DNA of 64,000 bases from an uncultured Burkholderiales bacterium (GCA_964561855.1 CAZLQP010000002.1:99-64098); one strand, 5' to 3'. Counted from the stretch's first letter, positions 45,981-54,567 are shown. Notes: generated from the letters alone by a model not told the origin. Program-made: numbers and translations.

Positions 45981-46015
45981 ATAACGATGCAAAACCGATC
46001 CCTTTTCCCGCCATC
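45971..46015. repeat. Family-4 hairpin repeat, arms swapped relative to copies at 13350-13456
   Basis: The sequence is GTTGGCGTGAATAACGATGCAAAACCGATCCCTTTTCCCGCCATC. It has the same loop (ACGATGCAAAACCGATC), but the CGTG and CCCGCC arms are on opposite sides. Confidence 0.8.
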
Positions 46016-46037
46016 TCGAGATAGGAAGAAAAAGTAA

Positions 46038-46061
46038 AAGGCCCCTCAGTTGAGGGGCCTT
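46038..46061 (-). terminator. Intrinsic terminator downstream of the WhiB-family gene
   Basis: The minus strand reads AAGGCCCCUC-AACU-GAGGGGCCUU followed by UUACUUUUU, 7 nt after the TAA stop. Confidence 0.7.
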
Positions 46062-46067
46062 AAGGAC

Positions 46068-46385
46068 TTAAGCAGTTTGTGAAGCTAGAGCAACTTGCTC
46101 TTGCTGCTCTTGCTCCGCAGCTTTGCGAGCAAGTGCACGTTCTCTGCGTAAACGACGACGTTCTCTTTCAGAGAGACCTCCCCAAATGCCGAACTTTTCC
46201 CCATTGCTTAGAGCATATTCAAGACATTCCGCCTTGACCTCACATCCAGCGCAAACAGATTTCGCTTCCTTAGTTGAAGCACCTCGTTCCGGAAAGAACA
46301 GGTCTGGATCAACCCCGAGGCAGTTTGCTCTCGTCTGCCATCGATTAGGATCCTTGTTTACTTGTTGTTGGAGCATTTCTATCAT
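46068..46385 (-). CDS. WhiB-family (Wbl) [4Fe-4S] transcription factor
   Basis: 105 aa with four Cys in the Wbl pattern (C-x22-C-x2-C-x5-C), the GIWGG turn and a basic tail RERRRLRR. Confidence 0.9.
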   Translation of the reverse strand: MIEMLQQQVNKDPNRWQTRANCLGVDPDLFFPERGASTKEAKSVCAGCEVKAECLEYALSNGEKFGIWGGLSERERRRLRRERALARKAAEQEQQEQVALASQTA

Positions 46386-46607
46386 GTGTCCCCCTTGCTC
46401 ACGAACTGATCTTAATAACAGCCGTGAAATTACAGACGTGTAACTTTGCTTCGTTTTACCTGTTCAATGCAAGGTCGATGGGCGATATGTCCTTTATTTC
46501 TTCACATTAGCCACGCAGAATAACTTTTGGAGAGGTTATTGCCACCCTTTGCAACGCGATCGGCTCAATTGAAAAATGTTGCTGACCAGTAATTATCCTT
46601 GTAAATA

Positions 46608-47006
46608 ATGAAAACTCTAGATAAAAGTAAAACCAAAATCTTCCTTATCATCTCAATTTTCTTATTCATCGGAATTCTCGCTGTCTCATTGATGAACAGG
46701 AGTGCAACAAATACTCAAGAGCCTCCAAGCGATGAACTATCAAGCTCATATTGTCAGAAATATATAGAGTTCGATGAACAAGTTGCAATTCTCGAATACT
46801 CTCAACAACTTGAAAAAATAGAAGAATTAACTAGAACATCTGATTTTCCCAATGAATTGCAACAACAATATGAAACAATAATTGCCGGCTATAAAAAGGC
46901 TTTGAGTGGTCAAGATGTGTCTGACAATGAAGAAGAAAATCTCCAAGCATACGAAGACATTGCACGTCACGCTCGCGACAATTGCGAACTCTACTCGCGA
47001 AATTAA
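46608..47006 (+). CDS. Hypothetical membrane-anchored/secreted protein
   Basis: 132 aa with one N-terminal TM helix. No family recognised. Confidence 0.5.
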   Translation: MKTLDKSKTKIFLIISIFLFIGILAVSLMNRSATNTQEPPSDELSSSYCQKYIEFDEQVAILEYSQQLEKIEELTRTSDFPNELQQQYETIIAGYKKALSGQDVSDNEEENLQAYEDIARHARDNCELYSRN

Positions 47007-47112
47007 GTACTTAAAATCACAATCACAGCCATACTTCGGCTCCGTTTCGGCAAAAAGCATTTTTTTCGGTGTAGTCTTTAAGGATTATTAGCACAATGCG
47101 CCCGGAGGAAAA

Positions 47113-47889
47113 ATGACCCCAACAGTGCAAGAAGTATCTTCAGCAAGCGTTGCAAAGAAACGTGGACAAGCTGAACCTATTCGAAAAAAACCTGCAAATA
47201 AGTTGCTTTGGCCAATTGCCTTTTATCGCACTTCAGTAGGTAAGAAGTGGGCAATGGCAGTTTCTGGTGTTGCCTTGATGGGATTTGTTTTTGCACACAT
47301 GGTCGGAAACTTGAAAATGTATTTCGGAGAATCCGACTACAACAGCTATGCACACTTTTTGCGTGAAATGGGTTATCCAATATTGCCAGAAACAGTTTTA
47401 TTGTGGGGTATGAGAATTGGACTGATTGCAGCATTCGGGATTCACATGCATGCGGCATATTCACTAACAATGCAAAACCGAAAAGCGCGCAAAACAAAAT
47501 ATCAATCACAACGTGATTACATTGCAGCAAGTTTTGCTTCTCGAACCATGCGTTGGACAGGTACGATCGTTGCGCTTTTCATCTTGTGGCATTTAGCTGA
47601 TCTGACTTGGGGAGTAGAAGCAGTTAATCCAGACTATGTAAAAGGTGAAGTTTACGACAATGTCGTTGCTTCCCTCTCGAGAGCTCCAGTAACAGCACTC
47701 TACATAATCGCCAACTTGGCTTTAGGTTTTCACTTATATCATGGAGCTTGGTCATTGTTTCAGTCTTTAGGAATCAATAACCCTAAGTACAATGCAGCTC
47801 GCAGATATTTTGCACAGGGATTCGCAGCAGTTGTTGTAATAGGAAATATAAGCTTTCCAGTTTCTATAGCACTCGGAATTGTGAGTTAG
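47113..47889 (+). CDS. sdhC: Succinate dehydrogenase/fumarate reductase cytochrome b subunit (b558 type)
   Basis: 258 aa with 5 predicted TM helices carrying conserved His. It sits immediately upstream of sdhA-sdhB and has a GGAGG Shine-Dalgarno. Confidence 0.8.
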   Translation: MTPTVQEVSSASVAKKRGQAEPIRKKPANKLLWPIAFYRTSVGKKWAMAVSGVALMGFVFAHMVGNLKMYFGESDYNSYAHFLREMGYPILPETVLLWGMRIGLIAAFGIHMHAAYSLTMQNRKARKTKYQSQRDYIAASFASRTMRWTGTIVALFILWHLADLTWGVEAVNPDYVKGEVYDNVVASLSRAPVTALYIIANLALGFHLYHGAWSLFQSLGINNPKYNAARRYFAQGFAAVVVIGNISFPVSIALGIVS

Positions 47890-47901
47890 GAATTATTTGA
47901 A

Positions 47902-49827
47902 ATGACAAAAAAAGTTTTAGATGCAAAAATCCCGCAAGGATCAATGGCAGAAAAATGGGATAACCATAAGTTCAACATTAAGTTGGTAAACCCAGCCAAT
48001 AAAAGAAAATTTGAAGTTATCGTTGTAGGTACTGGATTAGCTGGAGCTTCAGCTGCTGCTTCAATGGCTGAACTTGGATACAAAGTGAAAGCATTTTGTT
48101 ACCAAGATTCTCCTCGTCGTGCGCACTCTATTGCTGCACAAGGTGGTATCAATGCTGCCAAGAACTACAAAAATGATGGCGACAGTATCCATCGTTTATT
48201 TTACGACACAGTAAAAGGTGGAGACTTCAGAGCGCGAGAAGCAAATGTACATCGTTTAGCTCAATTAAGTCTTAATGTTATTGACCAATGTGTTGCTCAA
48301 GGCGTTCCTTTTGCGCGCGAATACGGCGGACTTTTAGACAACAGATCGTTCGGTGGAGCTCAAGTATCGAGAACCTTTTATGCTCGAGGTCAAACAGGAC
48401 AACAACTACTACTGGGAGCGTATCAAGCACTTTGTCATCAGATTGATCTTGGTAATGTTGAGATGTTTCCTCGCACCGAAATGTTAGATGTCGTCGTAAA
48501 AGATGGACGAGCTGTTGGAATCGTTGTTCGAGACATGATTACTGGAGACATTCGTTCTCACTCTGCTCATGCTGTCGTGTTAGCAACTGGTGGATATTCG
48601 AATGCGTTTTATCTTTCTACGAATGCAGTTGGATGCAACGTGACTGCAACGTGGCGTGCACATAAAAAGGGCGCATATTTTGCAAACCCTTGCTATACAC
48701 AAATTCACCCAACATGTATCCCTGCTAGTGATGAATTCCAATCAAAACTGACGCTGATGAGTGAATCATTGCGTAACGATGGACGTATTTGGGTTCCCAA
48801 AGCTGTTGGCGAGGAACGCGAACCACATGAAATTCCTGAAGAAGAACGAGATTATTATCTAGAACGAAAATACCCTGCTTTTGGAAACTTGGTTCCTCGC
48901 GATATTGCTTCGAGAAATGCAAAAACAGTTGTAGATGAAGGACGAGGAGTTGGACCACTTAAAAATGGTGTATATCTCGACTTCTCTGATGCTATAGAAC
49001 GACTAGGTGAAAATGTTGTCAAAGAACGTTATGGCAACCTATTCGATATGTATGCTCGAATCACTGGCGAAAATCCATATAAGACACCAATGAGAATCTA
49101 TCCTGCGCTTCATTACACAATGGGTGGATTGTGGGTTGACTATAACTTACAAAGCACAATCGATGGAATGTTTGTCATTGGTGAAGCAAACTTTTCTGAT
49201 CATGGTGCGAACAGACTAGGAGCTTCTGCTTTAATGCAAGGTCTTGTCGATGGCTATTTTGTTCTGCCGTATACCATCGGAGATTACCTTGCGCCTCTGC
49301 TTGGAGAAAAGCCTGTTTCTGTTGACGATCCTGCATTTGTTGATGCAGAACAAGAAGTTATCGACAGAGTTGACAACCTAATGTCTATCCAAGGTAACCG
49401 CTCCCCTGACGATTTCCACCGTGAACTAGGAAAAATTCTTTGGGATAACTGTGGTATGGAACGATCGAAAGAATCATTAGAAACTGCTTTAGATGAAATT
49501 CCAAGATTACGCGACGAATTCTATAAAGACCTAAGAATTCTTGGCTCTGGTGAAGAGTTAAATGTGATGCTTGAAAAAGCAGGCCGTGTTGCAGACTTTT
49601 TAGAGTTTGGCGAACTAATGGTAAAAGATGCCCTTCATCGTGAAGAAAGCTGCGGAGGTCACTTCAGGGTAGAACATCAAACTGAAGAAGGTGAAGCAAA
49701 ACGAGATGATGAGAACTTCGCTTATGTTGCAGCTTGGGAATATACGGGAGATTTAGCAAGGCCTGAGCTTCATAAAGAAGATCTCGTATTTGAAGAAGTG
49801 AAGTTATCACAGAGAAGTTACAAGTAA
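47902..49827 (+). CDS. sdhA: Succinate dehydrogenase flavoprotein subunit
   Basis: 641 aa with the FAD motif [12 protein letters not shown], the covalent-FAD His context [14 protein letters not shown], and HYTMGG. Confidence 0.9.
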   Translation: MTKKVLDAKIPQGSMAEKWDNHKFNIKLVNPANKRKFEVIVVGTGLAGASAAASMAELGYKVKAFCYQDSPRRAHSIAAQGGINAAKNYKNDGDSIHRLFYDTVKGGDFRAREANVHRLAQLSLNVIDQCVAQGVPFAREYGGLLDNRSFGGAQVSRTFYARGQTGQQLLLGAYQALCHQIDLGNVEMFPRTEMLDVVVKDGRAVGIVVRDMITGDIRSHSAHAVVLATGGYSNAFYLSTNAVGCNVTATWRAHKKGAYFANPCYTQIHPTCIPASDEFQSKLTLMSESLRNDGRIWVPKAVGEEREPHEIPEEERDYYLERKYPAFGNLVPRDIASRNAKTVVDEGRGVGPLKNGVYLDFSDAIERLGENVVKERYGNLFDMYARITGENPYKTPMRIYPALHYTMGGLWVDYNLQSTIDGMFVIGEANFSDHGANRLGASALMQGLVDGYFVLPYTIGDYLAPLLGEKPVSVDDPAFVDAEQEVIDRVDNLMSIQGNRSPDDFHRELGKILWDNCGMERSKESLETALDEIPRLRDEFYKDLRILGSGEELNVMLEKAGRVADFLEFGELMVKDALHREESCGGHFRVEHQTEEGEAKRDDENFAYVAAWEYTGDLARPELHKEDLVFEEVKLSQRSYK

Positions 49828-49844
49828 TTCCACTAGGAGAAAAA

Positions 49845-50606
49845 ATGCAGATTACTTTAAATGTATGGCGACAAAAAGCAAATAGCGATAGTGGTCATTT
49901 TGAAACGTATGAGATCGACGATATCAGCGAAGATATGTCTTTTTTAGAGATGTTTGACATTCTCAACGAGAGACTGATTGCGAAAAATCTAGAACCCGTA
50001 GCTTTTGATTCGGATTGTCGTGAAGGTATCTGCGGCATGTGCTCAATGATGATCAATGGACAAGCACACGGACCAGAAACTGGAACTGCTACCTGTCAGC
50101 TGCATATGCGCACCTTTAACGATGGTGATGTAATCACAGTAGAACCTTTTAGAGCAACATCATTCCCTGTAGTAAAAGACCTGACCGTTGATCGCTCACC
50201 TCTAGATCGTATTGTAGAAGCTGGAGGTTATATCCAAGCTCCTACGGGCACTGCTGGAGATGCAAACCTCACTTTAATTCCAAAAGCAGTAGCAGATACA
50301 GCAATGGATGCTGCTCAATGTATAGGTTGCGGCGCATGTGTTGCAGCTTGTCCCAATGGTGCAGCGAGTTTGTTTACCGCTGCGAAAATGATGCACTTGA
50401 ATTTATTACCTCAAGGTCAACCACAGCGTTACGATCGTGCAATCAATATGGTTGAAACAATGGATTCTTTCTTTGGGTCTTGCACAAATCATGGTGAATG
50501 CCAAGAAGCATGCCCGAAAGAGATATCTATTGACTTCATTGCATTAATGAACCGTGATTATGTAAAAGCACAGTTAAAAAATCGTGCGACTGTTTCGCAG
50601 AAATAG
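49845..50606 (+). CDS. sdhB: Succinate dehydrogenase iron-sulfur subunit
   Basis: 253 aa with the Cys clusters CREGICGMC, CIGCGACVAACP and CTNHGECQEACP. Confidence 0.9.
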   Translation: MQITLNVWRQKANSDSGHFETYEIDDISEDMSFLEMFDILNERLIAKNLEPVAFDSDCREGICGMCSMMINGQAHGPETGTATCQLHMRTFNDGDVITVEPFRATSFPVVKDLTVDRSPLDRIVEAGGYIQAPTGTAGDANLTLIPKAVADTAMDAAQCIGCGACVAACPNGAASLFTAAKMMHLNLLPQGQPQRYDRAINMVETMDSFFGSCTNHGECQEACPKEISIDFIALMNRDYVKAQLKNRATVSQK

Positions 50607-50609
50607 GTT

Positions 50610-51134
50610 TTAATCTCTACTGAAAATTGCATAGGTAGCTTTAACCCGTGCTTGCTGTTCAACAGTAATACCCATTCCTGTTTTGCCGTTTCTGAATCTA
50701 TACATTTGCGGGGTTACTTCAGCTCCCTCTATCAGCTTTCTAATAGTCTTTCGTGTGCTAGAACAACTTGCAGCAATCTGGCCCAATGAATTTACATCTT
50801 CACCCGCAAAGGGAATATCTGGAAAATCGCTGTAGAACTCTTTTACGTGTGTAAATTCATCAGGAGTAATACACAGACCTAAACTTTTCCCTTTCGCACT
50901 AAATAAAAGATCTCGAGGTGTGACCCCTGCACCAACGATGAGCTCAAAGAGAGTTTCGTAAGCAACATGGTTAGTCCTAGCTAACGTATTTACTAGTAAT
51001 GGTTGATATGATTTTTTCTCTTGAAGAGCTTTTTCGAGAATTTCAATCTGATCAAGTGTATAACCATTTCCAAGCACACCACGAAAACGATATTTTTGAG
51101 GAGACACTTCGGTTTCTCTAAGCAACATAGCCAA
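50610..51134 (-). CDS. Tandem-repeat HTH-like protein, downstream part (annotated TTG start truncates the first repeat)
   Basis: 174 aa with 2.5 copies of a ~55-aa module. The 5'-adjacent 57+ nt in the same frame encode the missing half-module but contain no ATG/GTG/TTG. Confidence 0.55.
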   Translation of the reverse strand: MAMLLRETEVSPQKYRFRGVLGNGYTLDQIEILEKALQEKKSYQPLLVNTLARTNHVAYETLFELIVGAGVTPRDLLFSAKGKSLGLCITPDEFTHVKEFYSDFPDIPFAGEDVNSLGQIAASCSSTRKTIRKLIEGAEVTPQMYRFRNGKTGMGITVEQQARVKATYAIFSRD

Positions 51135-51217
51135 TTTGTCTTTTCCAATTCCAAGCTTTTCTAGTAATCGAAATTCGCTTATTACGCCTTCAGTAGCGTT
51201 TTCTCTGGACCTAGTAT

Positions 51218-51835
51218 TTAAAAAGGTTCTAGTAATTGTAAGTCGCTTTCAGTCAACCCACGACCCATTGCTGAGCCAAATTGGTATTCTTTCAACTCAA
51301 GTCCGAGCCTTTGTATTTCTTTTTCGAGGGTATTGGCATGTAACTTATATTGTCGAAGTATCTTTGAGACTGGAGTAATGCCTTTTGTGGCTTTCATCTC
51401 TCGTCGCTTTTCTAATAAAGGAATTATTAACTCGAGTTGTGCAAGCGTGTACGCTTCTACCCTATGCACTTTTCTAAACATGTAAATGCAGGGTTCGATT
51501 CCTAATGATCTAGCAATACTTTTGATAGTTTTTGGCGCCATCTCAAATCTTTGCGATAGCTTACTGACGGTTATCGTATCTTCTGTAAGATCTCTTGGAC
51601 GATACGCTTCTTCAATTTGTTGAATTTCTTGTGCAGTTAAGCCCTGCAGTCTTTTTCGACCGTTGCCATTAACATGTGATCCGAAACTCTGAACCAGTTG
51701 CCACCGAAGCTCAATATTTAAACCTCTAGCTAGTTCTTTCCAATCTCTAGAAGATAATTGAGGAAATTCTTCTTTTAGGTCTTCTAGTGTAAAAAAATCA
51801 TCTTCGTCCGAAAGGCCAATTTCATCTCGCGTCAC
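51218..51835 (-). CDS. Tandem-repeat HTH-like protein, upstream part
   Basis: 205 aa with three ~55-aa modules of the pattern I..v..L......a.kTI.k....LGI.P..Y.F........GLT..Q...IE..Y. Confidence 0.6.
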   Translation of the reverse strand: MTRDEIGLSDEDDFFTLEDLKEEFPQLSSRDWKELARGLNIELRWQLVQSFGSHVNGNGRKRLQGLTAQEIQQIEEAYRPRDLTEDTITVSKLSQRFEMAPKTIKSIARSLGIEPCIYMFRKVHRVEAYTLAQLELIIPLLEKRREMKATKGITPVSKILRQYKLHANTLEKEIQRLGLELKEYQFGSAMGRGLTESDLQLLEPF

Positions 51836-51962
51836 TAATTTTCCAATCCTTTTTCGAAATTAAGCAAGTTAATAATTCTAGATCAGATCTCACAAGCGAC
51901 CAAAACCGATGCCTACAAATATAAGCATGACTGCGTATCCTTCATAACACTATGATGCTTAG

Positions 51963-52832
51963 GTGCTTTCAATATTAATGGCAGCTATTGCTGGACTTAG
52001 CTGGAGTGTTGCTTCTTTTTCTTCTGGGCGTGCATCTAGATTCATGTCGGCTCCGCTTTTAACTGCATCTTTTAATTTCACTGGTGTAATCCTTTTTGCA
52101 TCCCTGTTTGCATTAAGCGACGAATCTAAAGATCTAACCTCAACTATTACTACTGATGCGATCGTTTCAGGAATCCTTGGAGGTTTAGGTTTCTCGCTTG
52201 GCCTCGTGTGTATTGCTAGAGGTATGTCTAGGGGTAGAGCTGGTGTGATAAGCCCATTGATTGGCGCAGTCAGTATTGTCATTCCGTTAATATTCGTAAC
52301 CTTGTTTAGGGAACGACCATCAAACTTGGCATTTATTGGAATTATGATTCTTCTGGCAGTTCCGTGGCTGGCTTCTAGGTCAAAAGTAAATGCTGCAGCC
52401 CATGTGTCGCGCTCCATTTTCGGAGATGTGATCTTTGGCGTTGCGTCAGGGGCAGGGTTTGGAATCTACTTCATTGCTCTAATACTTGCTCCTGATAGCG
52501 CTCAGCTTCTAATGCTGCTTATTTTGCAATTTACTTCTATGGTAGTGATGCTCGCTGCACATGTCATTTCAAAAGCTACTTGGAAAATATCTAAAGAAGC
52601 TAAAAACTTCTTCATCATTTTTATAATATTCGAGTTAATTGGAGTTATATTCTTGAGGTGGTCGCTAAATATAGGGTCGCCAGCATCAATATCTGCAGTT
52701 TCTGGAACATTAGATCCAGTAGGAATCTTGATTTTATCTGCGGTGTTTAACAAAGAGGTTTTTACAAAGCCACAACTATTGAGCTTTTTCTTTTTGACTA
52801 TCGGAATTGCTTTAGCTGCACTGGGTAACTAA
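51963..52832 (+). CDS. EamA/DMT-superfamily transporter
   Basis: 289 aa with about 10 TM helices in two similar halves and a GTG start. The antisense ORF 51959..52417 is judged spurious. Confidence 0.7.
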   Translation: MLSILMAAIAGLSWSVASFSSGRASRFMSAPLLTASFNFTGVILFASLFALSDESKDLTSTITTDAIVSGILGGLGFSLGLVCIARGMSRGRAGVISPLIGAVSIVIPLIFVTLFRERPSNLAFIGIMILLAVPWLASRSKVNAAAHVSRSIFGDVIFGVASGAGFGIYFIALILAPDSAQLLMLLILQFTSMVVMLAAHVISKATWKISKEAKNFFIIFIIFELIGVIFLRWSLNIGSPASISAVSGTLDPVGILILSAVFNKEVFTKPQLLSFFFLTIGIALAALGN

Positions 52833-53461
52833 TCCAAAGGTTTAAAGGATTGCAATAACATCGGGAGTAACCCCAAAAGTGCACTTGATTGCTTCATTTT
52901 TTCTAGTGAATCGCCAACTTTTTGTTCATATCCGGGAATTGATGCCAGGAATTGAACACCTAAAAGCATAGAAACTAAAGCAATAGAGATATCGGTAATA
53001 TCTAAATCATTAGGTAAACTTATTTCGCCTAGGGTTCGTTCAAGACAATCTTGCGTCAATAAAACCCAACTTGTAAAAACAGTGTCTACCGCGCTCGCAA
53101 TTTCCTCGTTATTTCTAGCGCCAGAGACAAACTGACTTAGAACTTGAAAAGAGCAATCTTCTCTATCCTCCTCAAAAATTTGGAAAAAAGTGGTGGCCAA
53201 TTCTTGAAGAGTTTCACATTTTCCAAGCTGCGATTTATAGAGTTCATATCTTGTTCCACTCATCTGGGTTACTGCTTGTACAACAAGATTCGTAACTGAG
53301 CCAAAATAGTAAAAAACGAGAGCTTGATTTACTCCCGCTCTATCTGCAATAGCTCGAGCAGTTGCTGCATCTATACCTTTTTCTGCAATAACATCCAAAG
53401 TTGCCTGTATAAGATGTTGTTGAGTTTCGTTTTCCTCTTGAGGTGTTTTTTTCCTGCCCAT
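52829..53461 (-). CDS. TetR/AcrR-family transcriptional regulator
   Basis: 210 aa. The N-terminal HTH is LIQATLDVIAEKGIDAATARAIADRAGVNQALVFYYFGS. Confidence 0.85.
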   Translation of the reverse strand: MGRKKTPQEENETQQHLIQATLDVIAEKGIDAATARAIADRAGVNQALVFYYFGSVTNLVVQAVTQMSGTRYELYKSQLGKCETLQELATTFFQIFEEDREDCSFQVLSQFVSGARNNEEIASAVDTVFTSWVLLTQDCLERTLGEISLPNDLDITDISIALVSMLLGVQFLASIPGYEQKVGDSLEKMKQSSALLGLLPMLLQSFKPLD

Positions 53462-53506
53462 ATTTTCCGTCCAATTCAGATCAATAGTTTAGCTATCTAT
53501 TACTAG

Positions 53507-53890
53507 TTATACTCCACCGAAAATAAGAGGAACAATAAACAAATAAAGCCCAATACCCATTGGAATCAAGAATACAATACTCATATCAATTCCAAACAAC
53601 CAGTAGTTGATTTTTCTTATGATTAATTCTTCTCCGGGAGAATTCAAAAATCCAGTTGCAACGATACTTGATGTAAAAGGTATGGCCAATATAAATACCA
53701 GCGACGATAGCAGAGTGATTAGTCCAAAATACCCATAATATATGTGGCTGATAAGCAAGTATATTAAAAGTCCGGGTGCGACAAAAGCGATAAGAACAAC
53801 AGCTAACAGAAGTAGCGCATGTAATCCTATTGCAAAATAACCTAGTATTTTTCCGAATTGGATGTCCTTGAAAAAAGTTGATGATTTCAT
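53507..53890 (-). CDS. Hypothetical integral membrane protein
   Basis: 127 aa with about 4 TM helices and an AAGGAGG Shine-Dalgarno 6 nt upstream. Confidence 0.55.
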   Translation of the reverse strand: MKSSTFFKDIQFGKILGYFAIGLHALLLLAVVLIAFVAPGLLIYLLISHIYYGYFGLITLLSSLVFILAIPFTSSIVATGFLNSPGEELIIRKINYWLFGIDMSIVFLIPMGIGLYLFIVPLIFGGV

Positions 53891-53906
53891 TTCATCCTCC
53901 TTTTAA

Positions 53907-53932
53907 AAGGGGCTGATAATTGCCAGCCCCTT
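53907..53932 (-). terminator. Hairpin between two membrane-protein genes (possible partial terminator)
   Basis: The minus strand reads AAGGGGCUG-GCAAUUAU-CAGCCCCUU followed by UUAAAAGGAGG. The U-tract is short and runs straight into the next Shine-Dalgarno. Confidence 0.4.
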
Positions 53933-53940
53933 AACTTTAC

Positions 53941-54426
53941 CTATTGTGCTGGTGTTGCACCTGGGTTGTTTTTTAGGTAGTGCTCGTTGTATTTTTTGAG
54001 CATTTCTTCGTAGCTTTCACTTGGATTTGGATTGTTTAATTGTGGAGACTTACGTTCTGCGTTTTTTCTCATTGAGTTAAGAACAAACATGTTGATGAAG
54101 TGTGCAATTGCTAGCACGATTAACAACGTTCCAAACTTTTTGGTGCTTGTTTCAAATGCCTCAGCCACGGTAGCAGCGTTACCACCCGTAACTGTCAAAG
54201 AGGCATATCCTAGGCTGAACATAATAAAGCCAGTTACCAATAATCTGTTTACAGCCTTTGCCAGGATTTCATTATCTCTAAAAACCACATTGAGAAAGTG
54301 CTTGCCATTGCTGAAAAGGATGAAAGCTAACCAGCCAATTAAAACTACAGACAAAATCACGTATATCGTATATACATTGACGATGTAATCGTTTTGTACT
54401 GGTTCGGTAATTATCGTGTCATACAT
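53941..54426 (-). CDS. Hypothetical integral membrane protein
   Basis: About 161 aa from the ATG at 54426, which has AAGGAGG 7 nt upstream. The listed start at 54444 lacks a Shine-Dalgarno. It has 3-4 TM helices and a polar C-terminal tail. Confidence 0.55.
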   Translation of the reverse strand: MYDTIITEPVQNDYIVNVYTIYVILSVVLIGWLAFILFSNGKHFLNVVFRDNEILAKAVNRLLVTGFIMFSLGYASLTVTGGNAATVAEAFETSTKKFGTLLIVLAIAHFINMFVLNSMRKNAERKSPQLNNPNPSESYEEMLKKYNEHYLKNNPGATPAQ

Positions 54427-54470
54427 TGTGACCTCCTTGGTCATTTGTTTATTTCTTAAGCGTATGCTTA

Positions 54471-54499
54471 ATATAAACCAAGGAGGCGCTATTTGTCAA
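54471..54499 (-). promoter_or_regulatory. Promoter TTGACA-17-TTATAT with overlapping operator-like repeats
   Basis: On the minus strand, TTGACA is at 54499-54494 and TTATAT at 54476-54471. The 10-nt palindrome CAAGCGCTTG (54497-54506) overlaps the -35. An 11-nt direct repeat TGCTTAATATA lies at 54465-54475 (over the -10) and at 54518-54528. Confidence 0.5.
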
Positions 54500-54567
54500 G
54501 CGCTTGCTTAAAGTATTTGCTTAATATACTCCTGAGCTGGGAAAATAGCTCTATGTTTAAAAAATGC

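Noticed and set aside
46386-46607. The 222-nt region upstream of the WhiB-family gene, scanned for a CRP-type TGTGA-N6-TCACA site or a structured RNA.
   Set aside because: Only half-sites (TGTGA, TTTCACG) are present, without proper spacing. There is no convincing dyad or conserved structure that I can support by eye.
51420-51510. A GGTTCGATTCC string (51493-51503) resembling a tRNA T-loop.
   Set aside because: The flanking bases do not form a T-stem (GCAGG versus CCTAA), and no acceptor or anticodon arms can be drawn. The string lies inside a coding region.
51959-52417. ORF 51959..52417 (-), 152 aa, opposite the EamA transporter.
   Set aside because: The plus-strand product has a regular 10-TM, two-half DMT architecture. 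The minus-strand translation shows no such structure. It is a shadow ORF.
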